Below, piece after piece: positions 20,071 to 29,800 of a stretch of 64,000 nucleotides of DNA (positions within the stretch are counted from its first letter, which is position 1; the number at the start of each line of letters is the position of its first letter). Under the pieces are notes generated by a model. It had not been told where the DNA came from. It ran no database searches and worked only from the letters and a program-made list of their open reading frames with translations. The position numbers and the translations under genes were made by a program. The stretch is from Candidatus Woesearchaeota archaeon (GTDB lineage: Archaea; Nanobdellota; Nanobdellia; Pacearchaeales; GW2011-AR1): contig CAZEYD010000004.1 in NCBI GenBank assembly GCA_964516745.1, positions 7,972-71,971 of the forward strand, given 5' to 3'.

Positions 20071-21189
20071 ATGAATAAAAAATTGTGGGTTGCTGCGTTT
20101 ACTTTGACTGGTTCTATTATTGGTGCTGGTATTCTTGGTTTGCCTTATGTATTTTCTAAGATTGGTCTTGGTGTTGGTTTGGCGTATTTATTATTCTTAG
20201 GACTTGCTATGATGCTTGTTTATTTATATTTGGGAGAAGTTGCTTTGAGCGTTAAATCTAATCATCAGTTACCTGGTTATGCGGAAAAGTTTTTGGGTAA
20301 GAAAGGAAAAATGTTAATGATTATTGTGATGTTATTTGCGGTTCATTCTTCACTTCTTGCTTATTTGTTGGGTGTTGGAAAGTCTCTTTCCGCTATGTTT
20401 TTTGGGAATTATATTTATACTATTATATTTTCTATCTTATTTTGGATTCTTATGTCATCTTTGTTAAAAGGCGGTTTAAAGGAGTTAAAGAAAGCTGAAC
20501 CATATGGTGTTTTGGCGATTGCCTTGATTATTTTGATAATATTTTTTATTTTTGGTTCTAGAATTGATATTAGTAATTTAACGTTTTTTGATAGTTCTTT
20601 TATATTTTTGCCGATTGGTGTTATTATTTTTGCGTTTTTAGGTTTTACAACTATTCCTATATTGAAAACGGAGTTAAAGGGAAATGAGAAATTATTGAAA
20701 AAGGCAATTATTATTGGTGTTACAATCCCAATTGTTTTGTATTCTTTGTTTGTTTTTACTGTAGTTGGTTTTATGGGAAGAGAAGTTGCTGAAATTGTTA
20801 CTTTGACTGTTGGGCTTGGTCCTATTGCGAATATACTTGGTATTTTTACTATGTTTACTAGTTATTTGGTTATGTCGTTTTCTATTTTTGATATGTATAA
20901 GTATGATTTGAAGTTGACTTCGGGAACGTCGTATCTGTTGTCTATAGCGGTTCCTATTTTATTGTTTTTGCTTATTAGCTTTTTAGGGGTGAAGAGTTTT
21001 ATTAGTATTCTTGGTTTCGGTGGAGTTATTTCTGGAGGATGTATTGGTATAATGATTCTGTTGATGAATTATAAGGCTAAGAAGACACGTAAGAGTAAAC
21101 CTGCTTATTCACTTCCGATTAATATTCCAATTATGATTCTTATTAGTTTGATATTTATTGCTGCGGTTATTTTGCAACTGTTTTTCTAA
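20071..21189 (+). CDS. Aromatic amino acid permease family (HAAAP/Trp-Tyr) transporter
   Basis: GSIIGAGILGLPY TM1 motif; about 11 TM segments. Confidence 0.88.
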   Translation: MNKKLWVAAFTLTGSIIGAGILGLPYVFSKIGLGVGLAYLLFLGLAMMLVYLYLGEVALSVKSNHQLPGYAEKFLGKKGKMLMIIVMLFAVHSSLLAYLLGVGKSLSAMFFGNYIYTIIFSILFWILMSSLLKGGLKELKKAEPYGVLAIALIILIIFFIFGSRIDISNLTFFDSSFIFLPIGVIIFAFLGFTTIPILKTELKGNEKLLKKAIIIGVTIPIVLYSLFVFTVVGFMGREVAEIVTLTVGLGPIANILGIFTMFTSYLVMSFSIFDMYKYDLKLTSGTSYLLSIAVPILLFLLISFLGVKSFISILGFGGVISGGCIGIMILLMNYKAKKTRKSKPAYSLPINIPIMILISLIFIAAVILQLFF

Positions 21190-21235
21190 ACAAATCTTTA
21201 TAAATTCTTTAATTTGTATAATATTAAGAGGATAC

Positions 21236-23002
21236 ATGGTTGGAAACATATTTTTTGAAATTGGTTTAGTTATTATAATTGCGATGCTGGTTACTGCTGT
21301 TGTTAGAATGTTTAAACAGCCTTTGATTATTGGTTATATTTTGAGTGGTATTGTTGCGGGTCCTTATTTGTTTAATATTTTAAATTCACATGAAGTTATT
21401 GAGAGTTTGGCTAGTGTTGGAATTACTCTTTTACTTTTTATTGTTGGTTTAGGTTTGAATCCTAAAATGATTAAAGATGTCGGAAAAGTTTCTATATTGA
21501 CTGGTATTGGTCAGGTTTTAATTACTGCTGTTATTGGTTATTTTATTGGTATTGGTTTAGGTTTCTCGCAGATTGTTTCTGCTTATATTGCTGTTGCCTT
21601 AACTTTTAGTAGTACGATTATTATTATGAAATTATTATCTGATAAGGGAGATTTGGATAATTTGTATGGTAGAATTGCGATTGGTTTTTTGATTGTTCAG
21701 GATTTAATTGTTGCAATTGCTCTTATTTTCATTTCATCAATTTCCAAGGGCGGTGGTGCTTTGTTGTTTGGTAAATCGATTGGGATTATTGTGTTGATGA
21801 TAGTTGGTGTTTTGTTGTTTAGTCATTTTGTTTTGACAAAGATGATGAAGAGTATTGCTAAATCTCAAGAATTTTTGTTGTTGTTTGCTTTGGCGTGGTG
21901 TTTTGCAATTTGTGCTATGTTTTCTGTGTTTAATTTTCCTATTGAAATTGGCGCCTTGCTTGCTGGTATTTCTTTAGCTTCTGTTCCGTATAAAATAGAA
22001 ATTAGTTCTAAGTTGAAGCCGTTGAGAGATTTCTTTTTGATTTTGTTCTTTATTTCTTTGGGTGCTCAAGTTTCTTTTGTAGATTTAGAAGTTTATATTA
22101 AACCTATTGTTATTTTTTCTTTGTTTGTGTTGATTGGAAATCCCTTGATTATGATGTTTTTGATGAGATTCTTGGGATACAAGAAGAAAACTGGATTTAA
22201 AATTGGATTGACTGTCGCTCAAATTAGTGAGTTTTCATTAATTTTGATTGCTTTGGGTATTAGTGTTGGTCACTTACCATCTGAAATTTTGTCTTTAGTT
22301 ACGATAATTGGATTGATTACAATAATTGGGTCTTCATATATGATTTTGTATTCTGATAAATTGTATAATATATTTTCTAAATATCTAAAGATTTTTGAGA
22401 GAAAAGGACGTAAGGTTGATGAGCATAAATATTGTAGTGATTGTGAACATGAAATTATTTTATTTGGTTATAATAGAATAGGATCCGATATTTTGGAATC
22501 TGTAAAAAAAATGAAGAAAAAAATATTGATTGTTGATTTTGATCCTGAAACTGTTTTGGAATTGGCTAAAAATGGTTATGATACGATGTATGGTGATGCG
22601 GGTGATATTGAATTGTTAAATGAAATCAATTTTTCAAAGGCAAAAATGGTTATATCGACTATTTCAGATAGTGATGCTGATATTCTGTTATTAAATCGAG
22701 TTTATAATCACAATAAGAAAGCTATTACTATTGTTGTTTCTCAACAGATTGATGAGGCTATTGAAATGTATAATCAAGGTGCAACTTATGTTGTTTTACC
22801 GCATTTTATTGGTGGAAATTTTACTTCTACAATGATTGAAAGATATGGTCTGAATAGCAAAATGTTTTTGAAAGAAAAATTAGAACATCTAAAATATTTG
22901 AATGGGAAAAAATTTCGAAATAATAATTCTAATAATAAAAAAGATTTAAAGAAACCGAAAAATAAAGAAAAACTAGCTAAAACCAAAAGAAATAATTTAT
23001 AA
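21236..23002 (+). CDS. CPA2 (Kef-type) cation:proton antiporter with RCK/TrkA-N domain
   Basis: FSSTIII, LIVQD, RDFF, QISEF; C-terminal GYNRIG...YGDA. Confidence 0.92.
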   Translation: MVGNIFFEIGLVIIIAMLVTAVVRMFKQPLIIGYILSGIVAGPYLFNILNSHEVIESLASVGITLLLFIVGLGLNPKMIKDVGKVSILTGIGQVLITAVIGYFIGIGLGFSQIVSAYIAVALTFSSTIIIMKLLSDKGDLDNLYGRIAIGFLIVQDLIVAIALIFISSISKGGGALLFGKSIGIIVLMIVGVLLFSHFVLTKMMKSIAKSQEFLLLFALAWCFAICAMFSVFNFPIEIGALLAGISLASVPYKIEISSKLKPLRDFFLILFFISLGAQVSFVDLEVYIKPIVIFSLFVLIGNPLIMMFLMRFLGYKKKTGFKIGLTVAQISEFSLILIALGISVGHLPSEILSLVTIIGLITIIGSSYMILYSDKLYNIFSKYLKIFERKGRKVDEHKYCSDCEHEIILFGYNRIGSDILESVKKMKKKILIVDFDPETVLELAKNGYDTMYGDAGDIELLNEINFSKAKMVISTISDSDADILLLNRVYNHNKKAITIVVSQQIDEAIEMYNQGATYVVLPHFIGGNFTSTMIERYGLNSKMFLKEKLEHLKYLNGKKFRNNNSNNKKDLKKPKNKEKLAKTKRNNL

Positions 23003-23024
23003 ATATTGAAATATATATTTTTCT

Positions 23025-25703
23025 ATGAAAAGAGGAATGTTTTTTTTATGTTGTGTTTTTATGTTGATAAATTTGGTGTCAGCAGATGTTGTAGTGAATA
23101 ACGTTAATGTAGAAAATGATTATCTTTTTGGGGAGATGATCAAAGGGAATTTGAATTTATCTTTTAGTGATTTAAATGTTGATACTACATTATATTCCAG
23201 TAGAGGAGAATCGATTAAATTATTAGATTTAATCAATAGTAATGGTTTGGATTCAACATGCATTCCATATTCATGTGAACCTGGTTATGTTGTTACTTCG
23301 TCTAGATTAAGTAGAGATATTATATTAACTAAAAATGAACAAGATTTAGTTGGGTTTTTTCTTAATGGAACAGATGTTGGTGTTTCGAGTATCTATTTCA
23401 GTTTATCAAGTGATTTTAATGAAGGATTTGATATACCTTTACAAATAGATTTTTTTAATTATTTATGGAGTTTTTCTCAGTTTTCAGATAACTTATTTTC
23501 TACTATAGATTACTCTTATTATTCTCCGAGTTCTGGTTCATTCAAAAATTCAACTCTTTCTTCTACTAAAGCTTACTGTTCTGAATTCAATATTCCAAAA
23601 ACTGATAATTTGATTATTGGTGCTGATTTATCAAATATTGATTCTGTATTTGAAGAGACAATGTACTTATATTCTTCAGGATCAAGTCCTGGTGTGTTGG
23701 GAACTTGTGAAATTTCAAATATTTCTCAAGAGTGTAATATCTCAAGAGAGATGAGTGCGGGGAATTATTATGTATGTATTTATTCAGATAATCAAGCAAC
23801 AAATTATGTTTTGAAAGAGGAAAATTCTTCTTTAAATAAATCTGGATTTGAGACTACTCGTTCTAATTTTAATGTCCCAACTGAGAAAGTTGTTAATTAT
23901 GGGATTTATATGAGATATGCTGGTTATGCAGCTGCACCAACAATACTATTAACTCCGTCTAGCTTGAAATCAAGTGCAAATACATATTTGTATGATATGT
24001 ATGGAGATGATTGTTCTCATGGTTGTATTTTGCCAGTAAAATTTCTTTCGGGGGCGAATCAGAATATTAATTTAGAAAATGTATATATTGTCTATACCAA
24101 TGATAATGGGACGCAAAATCAAATTGAAATATCTTCATTATCGGAAAGCGATGCTGTTTTCTCTTTTGAAGGTAATTTAGATTTAGCATTGACAAAATTT
24201 CCTATTTTGAATAATGGGAATTATGTTTTGTCTATAGGTGGGCAGAAGATTTATGAAAATGTTACGAATGTAGTAATAGCACCAACGATTGAGGAAATTT
24301 ATCCTATAAATAATATTCCTACTGGTGTTGAAATTGAATTCAGAACTCAAATTGATAATGCGGATGGTAAAAATATTACATATAATTGGAAAATTCCTGA
24401 TGTATTTGAGAAAAATACTACGGTTAATACTATGAAATATACTTTTTATGTTGCATCTAGTTTTTTGTTAAATTTAACGATTATTTCTGATAGTGGCTAT
24501 ACGGCGTCAAAAGTAGTTACTATAAAGATTGTTTCACCTGATAAAAAATATTTGGAAAGTGCCTATAAAACTCAAAGTATTGTTTTTACTAATATTATGG
24601 AAGACATTGAATCTTTACCTATTTGGTATACTAATGATGTTTGGGAATTGTTGAATATTACTTATTATAAAGGAGAGTTGGAAAGATTGGGTAGAATATT
24701 GAATGTGTCGGAGATGACCGAAGCTCAAAAGAATGATGTTATATTGAGCTTATATAACTTTGATTTGAGTGATAGTCTTTTTCAAACAGATATTCGTTTA
24801 AATTCACTTCATACTCAAAATAAAGAAGTGAACTTACAAACAATAGTGGATTTTTTAGGTATAACTTTGAGGAAAAGTTTAGATGAATACGCTTTAGCAT
24901 TGTTTAATTGGCAGAGTCAATATATTGATTCAAAATATTCTACATATGTTTTAACGTCAAATAGTATTTCTGGTGCAAAGTCTAGTCTGTTTAGAGTATA
25001 TGATTTAGACATAAATTCTAGTTATGTCGATAAGTCATATCTCATTTTAGAAAGAGCTATTGACGATTTAACATTTGAAGAATCTTATGATGCAAAAACA
25101 CAGGGTAGTAATACTATTATTGGATTAGGTGTAAATGAAAAAAATAAAAATATTAAATTTTATGCTAATGGATTAGATGAAGTTGATATGTTTTTCGCAA
25201 CGAATTTAAATGACTTGGTTTTAGAAAGCGATATTGATAATATCTGTAATAATGATGGGATTTGTGATTCTCAAACAGGAGAAAATTTTAGAAATTGTCG
25301 TTCTGATTGTATACCTGTTGGCTCTTCCGTAAAGTATATTATTTTGATATTGTTTCTTGTTCTTTGTATGTATACCGGATTACAATTTTGGTATTCTAGA
25401 TATTATGAAAATTCACTGTTTAAAGAGAAGACACAGCTAAGTAACTTATTAAAATTCATTGAGATTTCTATGAAAAACGGTTCGAAAGAATCTGAAATTA
25501 AAAACAAATTATTGATTGAGGGTTGGGCAGAGGAAAGAATTATTTATGCTATAAATAAGAATAAAGGTAAAAAGATTTTACCAGAAATTATTCCAATAAC
25601 CAAAATTATTAAGTTGGGGAAAGAAATGTTAGAAAAATATAAATCTAAGATGGATAAAAAGAAAGAAGTTGAAGTCAAACATCCTACTACTTATAATAGA
25701 TAA
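23025..25703 (+). CDS. Large membrane-anchored surface protein with PKD-like domain
   Basis: Signal peptide, ITYNW...LNLTI PKD-like segment, CNNDGIC...GENFRNCRSDC Cys motif, C-terminal TM and cytoplasmic tail. Confidence 0.75.
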   Translation: MKRGMFFLCCVFMLINLVSADVVVNNVNVENDYLFGEMIKGNLNLSFSDLNVDTTLYSSRGESIKLLDLINSNGLDSTCIPYSCEPGYVVTSSRLSRDIILTKNEQDLVGFFLNGTDVGVSSIYFSLSSDFNEGFDIPLQIDFFNYLWSFSQFSDNLFSTIDYSYYSPSSGSFKNSTLSSTKAYCSEFNIPKTDNLIIGADLSNIDSVFEETMYLYSSGSSPGVLGTCEISNISQECNISREMSAGNYYVCIYSDNQATNYVLKEENSSLNKSGFETTRSNFNVPTEKVVNYGIYMRYAGYAAAPTILLTPSSLKSSANTYLYDMYGDDCSHGCILPVKFLSGANQNINLENVYIVYTNDNGTQNQIEISSLSESDAVFSFEGNLDLALTKFPILNNGNYVLSIGGQKIYENVTNVVIAPTIEEIYPINNIPTGVEIEFRTQIDNADGKNITYNWKIPDVFEKNTTVNTMKYTFYVASSFLLNLTIISDSGYTASKVVTIKIVSPDKKYLESAYKTQSIVFTNIMEDIESLPIWYTNDVWELLNITYYKGELERLGRILNVSEMTEAQKNDVILSLYNFDLSDSLFQTDIRLNSLHTQNKEVNLQTIVDFLGITLRKSLDEYALALFNWQSQYIDSKYSTYVLTSNSISGAKSSLFRVYDLDINSSYVDKSYLILERAIDDLTFEESYDAKTQGSNTIIGLGVNEKNKNIKFYANGLDEVDMFFATNLNDLVLESDIDNICNNDGICDSQTGENFRNCRSDCIPVGSSVKYIILILFLVLCMYTGLQFWYSRYYENSLFKEKTQLSNLLKFIEISMKNGSKESEIKNKLLIEGWAEERIIYAINKNKGKKILPEIIPITKIIKLGKEMLEKYKSKMDKKKEVEVKHPTTYNR

Positions 25704-25756
25704 CAAAGTTGTAGAAAGATTAATAAATATCAAGGTCGAATTTGAATTAAGAGAAG

Positions 25757-26401
25757 ATGATAAAAATAATTAAAAATTTCGCGCGTAGGCTTTTTAACAG
25801 CCTTCTTAAGAAGAAGGGTGAGGTTAAACTAGGTTTTTATGGTTCACCTAATGCTGGGAAAACATCTTTAGCGAATGTTATTTGTCAGGATTGGTTGGGT
25901 GAGGATTTAGGAACTGTTAGCAAAGTACCACACGAAACTAGAGAGGTACAAGTAAAAGAAAAAGTTATGATTGAGAGAGAAGGTAAAAAAATTGAGTTTA
26001 AATTGATTGATACTCCCGGGATTGCTACAAAAATAGATTTTGAAGATTTTTTAAAATATGGAATGAAGAAAAAAGATGCTCAAGTGCGAGCGAAAGAAGC
26101 TACTCAAGGGATTATTGAATCTATTAAATGGTTAGATGATATGGATGCTGTTATTATTTTGATTGACGCTACTGCAAATCCATATTCTCAAGTAAATATT
26201 ACTATCATTGGTAATTTAGTTGCTAGGAAAATTCCCGTATTAATTGTTGCGAATAAGATAGATTTAAAAAAATCAAACCTTAAGAAGATAGAAGGCGCAT
26301 TTCCTGAATATGATGTTATTGGGATTTCAGCTAAAACTGGTGAAAACTTGGATGAGTTTTATGAAGAACTTTTTAAGTTAATTAAGAAGGCTAAAAAATA
26401 A
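25757..26401 (+). CDS. oapA: Era-like small GTPase OapA
   Basis: GSPNAGKT, DTPG, NKID, SAK; PHETR and A.EATQGI; followed by a DUF2073-like gene. Confidence 0.85.
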   Translation: MIKIIKNFARRLFNSLLKKKGEVKLGFYGSPNAGKTSLANVICQDWLGEDLGTVSKVPHETREVQVKEKVMIEREGKKIEFKLIDTPGIATKIDFEDFLKYGMKKKDAQVRAKEATQGIIESIKWLDDMDAVIILIDATANPYSQVNITIIGNLVARKIPVLIVANKIDLKKSNLKKIEGAFPEYDVIGISAKTGENLDEFYEELFKLIKKAKK

Positions 26402-26402
26402 G

Positions 26403-26828
26403 ATGGTGCAAAGTAAAAAGGATGTAAAAAGAATTAAGAGAAAGAAATCTAAGAGTGATTTAACTATCCATTTTATGCCATATTCTGAAATTGCGACGAA
26501 AGATAGTATTAGTAGGGTAAAATTATTAATGGGATTAGTTTTAGATAATAAACTAATCGTTCTTCAAGGAAAATTAAAAGTTGATGAAGAAGCTCGTTTG
26601 ATTGAAAACTCTATGATGTTAATTGGTAATATTAAAGGTTTTCGAGGAATTGAAATCGCTACAATTGGGAATGGTGTTGATGGAGAAAACCTATTTCATA
26701 AAATTAGATATAATATTGCGCGTATTCTAGTCGGTGAACAGGATGCTATGACTATAATTGGTCCTGCTAGTGTTGTTAAAGAAATGAAGAAAGACCCCTC
26801 TAAGATTGAGGTACTACTACAGAAATAA
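26403..26828 (+). CDS. oapB: DUF2073 family protein OapB
   Basis: EEARLIE..M, F.GIEI and TIIGPA..KD motifs. Confidence 0.85.
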   Translation: MVQSKKDVKRIKRKKSKSDLTIHFMPYSEIATKDSISRVKLLMGLVLDNKLIVLQGKLKVDEEARLIENSMMLIGNIKGFRGIEIATIGNGVDGENLFHKIRYNIARILVGEQDAMTIIGPASVVKEMKKDPSKIEVLLQK

Positions 26829-26862
26829 TAATATTTATATAGTATAGAATCATACTTTTTTT

Positions 26863-29800
26863 ATGAAAGAGGTTAATTATCGATTTATTGGATTTATTTC
26901 AATAGTTTTGTTATTAGGTATAGTTTTGTTTTTTGTTGGATTGAAATATACAGGTCATGCTGTCGTGGGATATGAAGACTATATTGAAATACATAATTGT
27001 ACAGAGTTCCAAAATATTAGTGCTGATTTATCTGCAAATTATATTTTAAATAATAGCTTTAGTTGTAGTGGAATTAATCCTTTTACTCCTATTGGTAATA
27101 TATCAAAAGGATTCTATGGTGAATTGTATGGAAATGGAAATATAATTTCTGATATCACTGTTTCTAATATTAATAATTATGCTGGTATTTTTGCTATTGT
27201 TGAAGACGAATTTAATATATCTAACTTAATTATTTCTAACATTGTTATTAATGGTGACGAATCTGTTGGTGGTTTAATTGGATATATTCTTAGTGGTTCA
27301 TCAGGTTCTATTAATGATATTAGTTTAGTTAATGTTACGGTTAATGGCTCTAACTATGTTGGTGGTTTAGTTGGTTATTATGATACTTCATCTGACTTAA
27401 ATAACATTGATGCTGTTGGAATGAATATTACTGGAATGAAAGCTGGACAGAAGGGTGTTGGTGGTTTGGTCGGATATATGAAAACTAGTAGTTTAACTAG
27501 TAGCTCTTTTAGTGGTAATGTTACATCTGATACTAATGCTGTTGGTGGTTTAGTTGGATATTATTCTGGTGAAGGAATGATTAATGCATCTTATACTATT
27601 GATGCTAATATTAATGGAGAAAATAACACTGGTGGTTTAGTTGGATTGTTTGACGATGCTAGTAGTGATGGAATATTAAATTCTTATTCTAGTGGAACAG
27701 TTAATGGTTCTTATTTTGTTGGTGGTTTAATAGGAGATTTAGATGTAAGTGGAGTTTATGGAATTAGAAGATCATATTCTAATGCATCTGTTACGGGTCA
27801 TGATTATGTTGGTGGTTTAGTTGGTGAGGCTAATGAACCTGTAACAAGTTCTTATTTTAATGGTACAGTTGATGGTAATATGTTCATCGGTGGTTTAGTT
27901 GGATATAATGTTGCCACTTTGTCAAGTTCTTATTCTGTTGGTAATGTTACTGGGACATCTAATAATACTGGTGGTTTAGTGGGCTCTAATTATGGGACTG
28001 TGAGTGATTCTTACTCAGAGATGATTGTTGATGGAATTTCTCAAACTGGTGGTTTGGTTGGGTTTAATAATCATACAGTTAAAAATTCATTTTTTTCTGG
28101 AAATGTTACGTCGGATGAAGATTGTACAGCAGGGATTGTAGGTCTACATAATACTTCGGATATTGAAAACGATTTAAATAGATTATATTGGATTAATAAT
28201 ACAGATAATACAAATAATTGTTATTATAACTTAAATTGTAGTAATAATGTAACAAGAGGTGGGTGTACTCCCCAAGAAAATTTATCTTATTTCTTTAATT
28301 ATGATAATGAACCAATGGATTTAGATCGATCTTTGACAGGTTGGGATTTTTCTATATGGACCGGAGTATATAATGGGATATCTTTATTGAAATTTTTGTG
28401 GCAGGCAGAATGTTTAGTTAATAGTGATTGTTCTACTGGGCTTAGTTGTGTTGATTTGTTTTGTGAAGATACAACTCCTGTGTTGTCCGTATTAGATGGT
28501 TCTCCAGAGGATGGTGATGTTCTTATTATAAGTAGTGATGATACAATTATTAATGTGAGCATTTCTTCGTTAAAGTTAGATCATATTAATATTAATTGGA
28601 ATTCTACTATTCATAGTTGTTCCGTTGTTAGAGGATATTGTGATAACTTATTTAATGATAGAGAAAACTATGCTGATGGATTAAAATATCTTTTATCTTT
28701 TGATAGTCTTACTGAAGTGGGTTATGATTTTGTTTCTGGTGAGAGAATTGGAGTTCCTGAAGGAGGAGCGACAAAGATATTACAAGGGGGAAGATATGAT
28801 AGTGGTCTAGAATTTAGTGGTAGTGATAATGATAACAAATTTGTTATTGGGAGTGGTTTTAGTGGAAATTATTTTAGTGATAATTTTTCCACAGTTTTTT
28901 GGATAAAACCTAGTGTAGTTGGAGATACTAATGATCTTATTTTATCTAAGAAAAATGGTGCTGAGATTGATTATGAATTTATATTAGTAAATAATTCTGG
29001 AGATTATCAAGTCCAATTTAGATTATATAATTCTTCTACTAATTATGTGGAAGTTAGTAAGGCTGTTGAATTGAATAAATGGAATTATATTGTAGGGCAG
29101 TATGATAGTTCTGGTAACAAAATATCCTTAAGTGTTAATGATAATTTTACTGTTAACGAATCTGTATTTAATGGAAGAAAGACACAACCAAATTACGAAA
29201 TTATTTTAGGATATAATGATACGAAAGGTATGAGTGGCTCAGTATTAGATGAGGTAAGATTTTATAATAAATCTCTATCCGCTAGTGAAATTTCGGGTTT
29301 ATATTATATGGATTTTACGAAAGTTGATAGTGGTAATTGGTTATATACATTTAGCGATATGTTGAGTAGCGGAAGTTATGATTATCAAATTGAAGCTTAT
29401 GATGAAGTTTCTAAAAGTGGGACTTTTGATAAAATATCTTTTAGTGTTAGTAGTTTTTGTGGCGGTACGGGAACCGATATTGATCCTTATCAAATTTGTA
29501 ATTGTAATAGCTTAAATCAGGTTAGAGATTTTTTGAATAAGAGTTTTATTTTGAATAGTAGTATTAATTGTTTTGGTTTTGGTTTTGATTCTATTGGAAG
29601 TGAAACGGGTGCTTTTGATGGTACATTCAATGGTTCTGATTATGAAATAGGAAATCTAAGTGTTAGTGATGTTTCTAAAGAATATGTTTCTTTATTTGGA
29701 TATATTAATTCTTCAGGTAATGTTTTTGATTTAATAGTTTCTGATTCTTTTTTTAATGGATCTAATTATACTGCTTGTGTTGCTGGTTATTCTAAAGGTA

